A stretch of DNA of 64,000 nt from Octopus vulgaris (Eukaryota), in contig OX597815.1 in NCBI GenBank assembly GCA_951406725.2, positions 95,914,001 through 95,978,000 on the forward strand. The letters are read 5' to 3'. Shown in pieces: positions 53,781 through 64,000 of this stretch. Every line of letters starts with the position of its first letter. The first letter of the stretch is position 1. The position numbers and the translations under genes are program-made. The notes under the pieces are model-generated. The model was not told the DNA's origin. It saw only the letters and a list, made by a program, of their open reading frames with translations, and searched no databases.

Positions 53781-54677
53781 TGTACACATACACCATGTAT
53801 TTATAGCTATGTACACAGGTGTATGCTTGTGCGTATTCGTATTTATCATACTGCATAACAACAGGTATAATACATTTAGGTTCTCATAATATAAGGTCTT
53901 ATGAAAAATAACTGATATAGTAACTTAATTGAAAGAATAACTACTACTCTCGATTTGATCTACTTAATAAACTTTTGAAGATTGAGCCCAAGTATATCCT
54001 AAGCGAAATGATTCCAGAATCTAAAACAATGAAATAATGTTTCCTCTATTTATATCATTTTAATATGAGTGTATTCTCGAGAAGACCTCCCGACATACTG
54101 TTCGCGAGGATTATTTATGTAGGATTTTCGCTATTTACCACGATTGTGTACTTATATACATTGCAATCTAGTTATGTATCTAATGCAGTATCATTTTCAG
54201 TAATGCTTCTATTTAAACATGTAGTTAATAGATTTACGTTTCTTACAAGAATGAAACCAGGCTTTCCTTATTTGTTGATTAACTAATACTGGTATAAAAA
54301 ATATATTTGTTTATACGCATTTTTACAGTGGTGATAAAATGTAGAGCAAAGAGTATATGTATGCAAGATCCTATATGTTACGTTGACGCTTTTGGAATTG
54401 TTGCGTGTAAATACCAGAAATTAGTTTGGCAACTTATGATTACTAGCGACTGCAAAATTTACAACATAGGAGTATTAAAATCGATTGCATCAAGTACGTT
54501 TATCACGATCTCAAAGGTGATGAAATGGAGAGTTAATTTCGGTGGCATTCTAAAGAATATGAAGTTGCATGACAAAATATTAAATGATATTTTGCTTTCC
54601 GCTTTTCTCGTTTTTAGCAAGTTGAGGAAATAATATGTGAACAAACGGTCAACGTTTCGTACGATTATTGCGCATTT

Positions 54678-55158
<481 letters not shown>

Positions 55159-55769
55159 AATGTAATTACTAAAGATTAGGAGAACGGAGATTTACACATC
55201 CGAATTGTATCATACAATTATTTGCAGCATTCACCGTTGGATTTTCGCACGTTCCAGTTTGCATCCGCTGCACACTGTTAAATGTGCATCTTTGTCTTAA
55301 TTATTGGAAGAAAGTTATGAGACTTATGAATCGTTCAGGAGGTGTTGCTCATACTAGAAATAGGTATATTTCCTTGTTATCTGAAGATTACCTCGGCTAC
55401 TTAGGTATTTATTGCTGTGATTGTTCTTAAAATAGTTCAAGGGTAAAGATTCCTGTGGATTCCTTAGTATTATAGTCCAGCTTACAATTTTGTTAATTAT
55501 GTAGCGTATTCTCATTTTATTGAGGTATTCAATTACATTTCTGGTTTAACCTTTGTTTTTATCATTATTAATATATAGGTTCATAATTTTCTTGTTACCT
55601 ATTAAATTAAATATTCTGCTGAGAGTTATGTTTATTAAACGCAATTTAATTCTTCAACACGTTAAATTTTTCAACTTTTAAATTTTTTTAGAGGTGTTCA
55701 CCTAATTCAAGTTCATTGTTTGTCTTTTAATTTACTTAAATCTTATTCTAATTCTAGTGGCTTGTCTAA

Positions 55770-57990
55770 TGCGTGTACTTAAGCTTTTTAAATGTATATT
55801 TAGACGTATGACACCTCTTCAACCGCATTCTTCCCTATGTTTTGTCGGATTAAATTTTGAGGTAAAAATTTTGTATAACTCCTGAACCCAGAATTCACAG
55901 CGTTTGCTTCTGCAACAATACGGTTTAACTCTAATAATTATGTCCTAGCTAATTGTGTATGTTCTATTAACATCTTTAAGCGACAAAATTAATATACTTT
56001 AACTCGTATTAGTCTTCATATTTATGTCCCTAAACTGTTGTTTTTCATTACCTATTCTACGTTTTATAAATCTAGAACTAGCACCTATGTAGAATATTAG
56101 TTTGCAACTGTAAACCACATCTTTAATTTTGACATTTAATTTTAACCGGAATAATTTTCGTTTTGCGCAATCACAATTATTTCCTCTACCTATTCCTCTA
56201 TTATCCCCTATTTTTACTTGGTTATTTTCTTTCTATGGTTTATTTTCCTATGTACTTTTATTTACACAGTTATGATATATTACATTCTGGATACCGTTTT
56301 CCATTTTAGTCTTTGAGTTAGCACTTGTTATTTCCCTTGTATCAATTCCCTTGTATCTATGACTTGATCATTAGCCCTGTTTTCATCATTTACTTTCCCA
56401 GTACTGCACGTTCTAACGTTTTTCTCTTCCCGCCCAAGTCCCGCCTCAGAATTATTACCAGTCGCTTCCCTTGTGTTGGTTCCTTTATTGCAGCTTTTTC
56501 TCATGTTACTATATCTATTAATAACGCTTATTTCAATGTAGTTTGAAATAAAATTACTATTTACATTCTGGTTGTTATTGATACCATTCTCATAGAAATT
56601 ATTCAATCTCTTCGCGTTGTGCGCTGCAGTGATTTGTGCCAGGTTTCTACTATTGGAAGCTGTTATTCTAATCTTGTGTTTGTTAAAAATACGATAATAT
56701 TTATCTGTTTTTAGAAAATTGATTTCTGCAACCGATTAGAATAATTTTGGGATGTTGGGAATAATTTGCTTACCGTAGGGAATAATATACGATTCCATAT
56801 TATCGGATATCTTATTCCTAGAGAAATTTTTCACGTTCTTATTAAAAGTATTTATGCTATTTCTCTGGTTTTTATATGTGTTCTGCTTTTATTAATATTT
56901 GGTGTTTATTTGTGTATTTTTAATAGACAGGTTTACATATTTATTATCTGCTCCGTTAGTGTGCTTCCTACTAAAGTTTCTTTTACAATCAGTATTTCTA
57001 TTCGTTTATATGACTCCATTTTCTTAAAATCATTACTATTCCTCGCTGTAATTGTATTCTATAGGTAGTGTCTAGTTTTTCAATTTTCCCCTCTTTATTT
57101 ATCCTCGCATTACTATTTTTGCAATTACCATTTTTAATTCCACCGATTAGTATATTACCATTGCTGCAATTATTGTTTTTCTTCTTATTTTTTTCCAAGA
57201 TCTATATCTTTGATGTTAAATTTTAATTTTTGCTTTGAAATTTAGCTGATAGACTCGAAATATGTCTAGACACGCTTTCAGCTATTTTCTAGGTTATACA
57301 TCAAGGATGATTATTGTTTCTATTTATGTATCAGATTCTTCTTTTAGGCTTATGCTAAGGTTTATAAGTTTCTGTGGTTAGATCTAAAGTGATATCAAGA
57401 AAGTTGGCGGTGTTGTGTTCTTTTTCTATAGAGATGGATAGTCCTAGGTTCTTAAAAAATTGTAAAAAAATCTCGTCTAGTATTCCTATATCTAGGTGAA
57501 AAGTACATCATGCATGTATAGATACCCTCCCAAATCAGTGAATTATTTGCTTAACCTAAACACTAAATATATCCATACTAAGTCACTAACTTGAGCGGGG
57601 TCTGTCGATCCTATATCAATATCAAAGCTTCCCTGTATATCTTTCCTAACTCACTATTTATCTTCCACTTTCGTAATATATTTTTTAGTGCATAAAATCA
57701 CGTTAGATTTTCCTAGTTAGTTCGGAGTTTATTCTAGCCAATATGAATTATTTCTTTAATAGGAGAGGTCTTATAGTTGAGTAATAGATCTTGATGTCAA
57801 TTTTTTTTCTATTTTTGTTATCGAGTTAATTAAATCAGTTGATAACCTTATATGAACTAGAACACAGTTTTAGTTTTGTGATACTCCTTAGTGCTGGGAT
57901 ATTGTTATGCAGATTTAGGTTACTTAACATACCTAAATCTGATTTAGAGGGAAAATACGGCTCATATTGTAGTTAGTTTTCAAGTTATTT
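55770..57990 (-). mobile_element. Penelope-like retroelement (Naiad-like motifs), decayed RT plus GIY-YIG
   Basis: Minus-strand pieces PSKSDLGMLS, DIKIYYSTI, GSFDIDIGSTDPAQVSDLVWIY (compare FDVTMGSYDGAEVCELVG; 57573-57633), ANFLDITLDL..TYKP*HKP...YINRNNNHP, YYRIFNKHKIRIT...AAHN, CDC, DVVYSCKL..YIG, VKPYCCRSKRCEF. Many stops; boundaries approximate. Confidence 0.8.
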
Positions 57991-60900
57991 ATATATGGTC
58001 AAATATCTCAAAAAAAAGTTGATCGCAGTCATATGCCGCGGCACTGAAACTGGCTAATACTAGTATTTACTATTACCACATGAAAATGGGCTTAATATAT
58101 AATATGTCTAATAAGATAACCAGAATGGAGTTACTCTCATAAATGAGGAATACAGGTGAAGGTGAACGTAAGATTATTATATGAGAAATATATTCTTTTC
58201 ATTTGAAGAGTAATTATATATATTTAGAGAAGATTATGGTTTAAATTTCTTTCGGAAGTAATTCTTTTGCAGTCTTTTTGTTGTTAAACGTTGGTCACTC
58301 CTAGCAGAGAGCTGTAATCAAAGATATACAGTAAACATCAAATACATCTGAGATCACAGAATACCAGCTTTTTGCTATAGAGGCATATATTATTCTATGA
58401 GTTGTTTAGTTCTTAAGATGATGGTGTGTGATTTGGGTTTTCTTTTCAATTTCTATTCGTAATAGGCCACACAGCTATATATATTCAGCTTTAGGATACT
58501 TGAATGATGAAGTGCTATGTTTTTGATAAGGTGAGATTTCAGCTCCTTTGTTGAATTTTTGATCCATGAATATTGCAGCTCTTGCAATCTAATTTCCTCT
58601 TGTTATCATTTTGATTGATCACCGACCTTCCAACGTGTCATTTCCATTGAAGACCACCAAGTATTAATGATTTATTACAACATTTATAAAGGAAAGAAAG
58701 ATATCAAGATTTATAAGGATCCCAACACTGGTTTAAACTAAAATTGAAACTGAACACTTCTAGCACTAAGAATTCACATTTGCCTGCTTCATTCACTTCT
58801 TAAGACAACCATACTAAATTTTGACAAACAAGCTTTTTGGGGAAAAAAGGTTTTTATAAATTGATAGCGTAATGCCAGTGATCGCTCTGCATTGCGATTA
58901 AGAACGATTCACAAATACGAGTCTTGACATATATGATGCATCGGTCCTCCTGTAGTGTATCGTATGAATTACAGTCTTACAGTGAAAGAAAAAAATTATA
59001 TATTTCAAAATATTTCTGGTGGCAGGTATTCTATGTATTTCCCGTTTATCACTATAATGTGTAGACGATTGCTGCGAGAACAAAGTGCGACTCACAAAAT
59101 ATGACATGAGCAATCAGGTTTAATGCACGCACACACACATACACACACAAATACACGCGCGCATATATACTTACACTCACAGACAGACATACATGTTGAA
59201 TTGATTTCCACGTCCATACAATTCCGTGAGAATAATACTAAAAAAATGTCGCTAAAGTGATAGGAAAATCATAACATGGAGTGCCAATAGAAATACCACA
59301 GGAAACACATAAATTTCACGGTATCTTAAGGACGTTTCCTACAGTAATCTAAAAAAAGAGATAATTAGAAAGTATGCCAAAGCATCGATATTTTCATCGA
59401 TTATGTCATGTGGGCTTGAAGCTTACGCCTATAACCACGAGAGGTCAAGCCAGAACCTGTAAAGTGGATACTATCTCCAAAAACTGATTGCAAATCCAGG
59501 TTGAACATCTTTTGTGGGAAACACCACCATGCATCTGAAGAATATAACATTCCCTGAAATGAAAAAACATGCTACCACATACATTCTGTGAAGAATATTG
59601 ATGAAAGATTACCTGAGCTGTTGAAGAGACAAAAGTCAATGTAATTGACCTAGAACTAGTTGCACTTATTTTAACCTATCTTCAAAGGAAGTAATAAATT
59701 ATCTCATACCAGACATTTAACTTGAGATGGTAAAGAATATAACTCAATGCTGTAAAACACGTTGTTCAGTGCAAAACTAGATCTCCTAGCAAAATTTATT
59801 CTCCTCTCAGAAATTAAGATCGCTAATATTTTTATATCGTGTACAAGAAAGAGTGAGATGTGTCAACTGGGCAAATATACTTTTCAGTTGTCAAACATTA
59901 ATTCATATTTGAGTCATACAATTATGTTCTTTTTGTAATATAGTTTCTTTCTCGATCTCATAGCTAACAACAGTTCCATTAGAAATGGTTATTGATTTCT
60001 TTGATATTGCAACGAACTCATATAACTGCATTATTTTCCACCCACTTAACTAAATTGATATCCTTAGTTTATAAGCTAAGTATACTAACTATACTAAATA
60101 TAATGATAATTAATGTGACAACTAAGTTATAAAAATATATTTACTTCCTCCTTTGTCTGCCTATAATGTGATTTGCTTCTGTTTTATGTAAACGGTGTTC
60201 ATTATTCATGCTTTATGTCATTAATAAAGAACGGAACAATGATTACGTGAAACGAATACCGATATACGGCATTTACACTATGTATTGATTCAATTCTCGA
60301 AAAAGTTCCCATTGTCACCCTCTATAAAGCATTTCTATCTCTATTTTCAGTTTAATGACATAAAAATTTGCATAAGTCTTAGTAAGTTTTTCTTGGTGTC
60401 AAATAATATTAACAAATTATAATCTTGTATTTCAATGCAGGATGAATCGAAAGTTTCTTAAACAAATTCTCAGAATAGTACAGATATCAGACGGAAAATG
60501 TATTTGCTTTTATCCCATGAGATGGAAAACATGATTTGACGAGGATATTGATGAAATTCAAAACAATGGACTTAATTCAAATCATATTGAGGTTTTATCA
60601 CCAAATTTAGAATATGATTTCTGAATATCAAGATGAAAAATATACTAAGTGCATTAGATGTTTCAGAGTGACATAGTTAGCAAATATTTATCAATGAAGC
60701 AAAATATTTTTCTAGGACATATGCAAATATATGCAAATGAATAATGTTAATGCGAATTATATAATGTTGATGCATTTTTATCAAATCAATGTCAACAACA
60801 TTTCAGGCAAGGGCACTCGAAAATATTCTAACTGTTGTGACTTATTTTCCATTAATTATAGGATGAAAGCCTCAACCTACCCTTCACCAGTTTTCGGACC

Positions 60901-62259
60901 CACTTAGAAATTTCCAAGCAACGGTGGTCTATTTATTTACCAATTTCAAATGCTGTGTTTTTGTGGCCTTCCTCAGTTTTGTTTTCCTTTCTTTTTTTCT
61001 ATATTTTTTTTACGATCCAGAATGATTTGCCAAAGTTCTAATATTTTTCACTGCATAATTTCATTTTATCACATTTAGAGTTACAGTAATATTCTTTAAA
61101 ATTCTATATTTATTTACCCATCAGTTCCCACTTCTGTCACAATCTCTTTCTCTCATTACATAATATATCAGAGTTTTTGTTCATAAATTCCGTTCTCAAT
61201 GATGAAATTTATATATAAATGAAACAAAAGACCCACAAAACAAGCAGTACATTTACCTAAATATTATATACTTACCAATGCTTAAATGATTCTTCTAGTT
61301 TACAAAGATTATTTAAATAATCAATTTTATAATCAAAATCAACGAACAGTTAAGTATCGTAATATATCTAATCTATCTAACCTTATACGTATGCTATTGT
61401 TACCTTGGTGAGAAATGCATATTCTTCCATTGCTGTTTTGAAAATGCATACTTGATTAATGTTAACAAGCGTATGAACGATGAATACATTTTGACATTTT
61501 GCTTTCAAAATTTAATTGATTTCCTCCAAATGATTTTATTTCTTTATTCTAAGCGTTTTGTTTTCAATTCATTCTCCGGGGCATTCTCTAATATAAATTA
61601 CAGATATTAATTATGTAATATGTTTTCGTAGCAAATCAATCGAAGTGTTATGTAATTGATAAACAAAGGTTTCAAGTAACACACATGTATACCTGTTCTT
61701 ACAGACATTCTAAAATTAATTTCTTTTTGGCCTTCAAAAGTAATTATACACATTGAGCACGCTAAAGTTGTGTAAATATTTCTCATTCCAGAATTCTTCA
61801 GATACGTACGTGTACTCTCGATAATACAGCGTCATTGACTAAATTAAGGCGAATTTATTTGAAAAGGGAAACGACTTGGACGTGGCGTCTAATGGTTTAC
61901 AAAATATTACTAGTTAGATATGTTTTGTATATTGTAGGTAGAGAATTGTCTATTGCAGCAAAAATGTGTCAGTATATTTCTTCCCAAATTCAACAAAAAT
62001 ACATTGTGACGTAATTTGCTTTAATCTGAATGAATTGTGTAAATCATAATGAAAAGTGTATCTCAGGTTCAAATTGATATGGGCATATCAATATTTATTT
62101 TAGAAGTTAATAATAAAACAAAACCAAGAGAGTTAACACAACTTTAGTCAGTATCATAAATTTTTGTTAAGCACGGTGTAACCAACTCACAGTATAAAAT
62201 GTGTAATCTAACATTAATATAGGATGTGAGACGGATATAGATTTTATTTTTAAGAATTC

Positions 62260-62445
62260 CATTAGAAGCAAACTGGACAAAATGCCCTGTTACATTTCGT
62301 CCTCCTTTACGTTCTGAGTTCAACTACCCCTGCGGTCGACTTTACCTTTCATCCTAGCGGGGTCCATGTAGTATGTAGCAGTGAAGTACATTCCCTCTGT
62401 CTGAAAATACACTTGGTCCGGCGCCAAAGTTAGAGACCATTATTA
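62260..62445 (+). mobile_element. tRNA-derived SINE, decayed
   Basis: TTTACGTTCTGAGTTCAA...GGTCGACTTTACCTTTCATCCTAGCGGGGTC; homologous to 30910-31117. Confidence 0.6.
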
Positions 62446-62675
62446 AGAGGTCGATAGCCCACGGAAAATCAAACCGCTGACTAGTTACGAGGTTAGAAGA
62501 TATATATATATATATGCATTGTTCAATTAAATGGAGTTACATGAAACGATCGTACTGCATTACCTCTGGATATCCTTGTTGCTTATTTTCATTTTAATCA
62601 CATTATTTTGAAATTTTAGGGATAATACAGTACTAAATTCTGGCGCCTCAACTTATGTACCATATTCATCTGAGT

Positions 62676-62729
<54 letters not shown>

Positions 62730-62801
62730 GTAAGATAATTATTTCAAATACCGACCTTATCAGGTGGCCAGCATGGGTATAAAGACCTCAGAAGGTAATA
62801 T

Positions 62802-62843
62802 TAACAACAATAATAATAATAATAATAATAATTGTTATTATTA

Positions 62844-62929
<86 letters not shown>

Positions 62930-62945
62930 AGTATTATCATTATTC
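62802..62945. repeat. (AAT)n switching to (TTA)n microsatellite
   Basis: Read directly; orientation flips at about 62831. Confidence 0.95.
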
Positions 62946-64000
62946 AGTAGTTTTATTTTTATAGTGTGCTTTCACTTCACTACCGTGCGCAGCTCTGTGT
63001 GCCTTGGGTATGTGCTGTGATTTGTTGTGATGCTCTGATGGTTATTGTATGGAAACTGTTCTGCGTAGGATATAGTGCAATTTTCTGTATGTTATATGTG
63101 TTTGTAAGTCCTGGTGTTTTTGTCATGTATTTGTCTGAATATTTTTTTATCATGCCTAATGCAACTACTATGATAGGAATTGTTTCTGTTTTTAGATTCC
63201 ACATTCTGGTTACCTCCATTTCCAGGTCTTTGTATTTTGAAAGTTTCTCCATTTCTTTTCGAGACACGTTGTCATCTGCCGGTATTGATGCATCAATTAG
63301 AACGCAATTATTTTTCTTCATGATCTCTGACAACTATATCTGGTCTGTTGGCCTTCATTTCTCTATATGTGTGTATCGGCATATCCCAAATTATGGTTGC
63401 TTTCTCGTTTTCTGTGACCTTTTCTGGTGTGTGCCTATACCATCTTTTTTCTGTTGTTATTCCATAATGTTGGCATAGCTCCAGTGTATGTAGGTTCCAA
63501 CTCTGCCATGTCTGTGAATATATTCCTTCTTAGCCAGGACTGGGCAGCCAGAGATAATATGATTTATTGTTTCTTGTCCATCTCCACATATTCTGCAGTT
63601 ACTTGTTATATTTCTTTTCATTACATGTTTTTAGTAATTTCTGGTGAGGAGGCTTTGGTCTTGTGCTGCAATTAAAAATCCCTCTGTCTCTGCTTTGAGT
63701 CCTGAGCTTCTCAACCATTGCTGAGATTTTTCTTTGGCTATCTCTTTTGCATTTAGTTTAGTCCAGTATTTACCATGAAGGGGCTTTCCTTGCCATCGTT
63801 TTATCATGGTTCTTTGCTGTTCTAGTTTTAGTTTGGATTTCATTTGTTTTATAGCTTTTGTTGTTTCTTCATCTTCTTCTTCTTCTTCTTCTTTATATTT
63901 GTTAGGTGGTATGATTTCTTTTTTGTATTTGTCCGCTTCCTTAAATACTGAGAACAGTTTTTTTGTTTTGCTCGTGTTTTGCCGCTATTTGTATCAGTTT
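62946..64000 (-). mobile_element. R4/Dong-type LINE, 3' part (runs off the window), ending in (TAA)n
   Basis: WQGKPLHGKY...QQWLRSSGLKAETEGFLIAAQDQSLLTRNY, CRICGDGQETINHIISGCPVLAKKEYIHRH, PDIVV, CVLIDASIPADDNVSRKEMEKLSKYKDL...PIIVVALG: CCHC plus PD-(D/E)xK restriction-like endonuclease, with frameshifts. Confidence 0.9.

Noticed and set aside
62726-62770. Minus-strand CCAC-CUGAUAA-GGUC...GAAAU next to (TA)n
   Set aside because: Two core mismatches and no stems; too degenerate to call.

Overview
AT-rich eukaryotic DNA, dense in microsatellites and transposons. The SINE families resemble those of octopod cephalopods, which is my inference from recalled sequence similarity, not a database result. 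I could not support any host protein-coding gene; almost all track ORFs are translations of (TA)n/(CA)n/(TAA)n tracts. Recognisable mobile elements are two decayed Penelope-like retroelements (19.4-20.8 kb +, 55.8-58.0 kb -), two R4/Dong-type LINE 3' ends beside (TAA)n, an L1/Tx1 ORF2 3' fragment, an ORF1-only (HAL1-like) retroelement inserted in a SINE head with a 12-bp TSD, a full-length mariner, three other Tc1/mariner/pogo remnants and several tRNA-derived SINEs. The strongest signal is a recurring class of 0.25-1 kb non-coding elements, usually in or beside (TA)n, built as inverted or terminally redundant repeats and carrying type I hammerhead ribozyme (HHR) motifs. The best copy (48054-49077) has two intact HHRs, one per strand, and its arms are different circular permutations of one 492-nt monomer. 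That is the footprint expected of a circular-RNA retrozyme or Penelope pLTR element mobilised in trans. All alignments and folds were done by eye.
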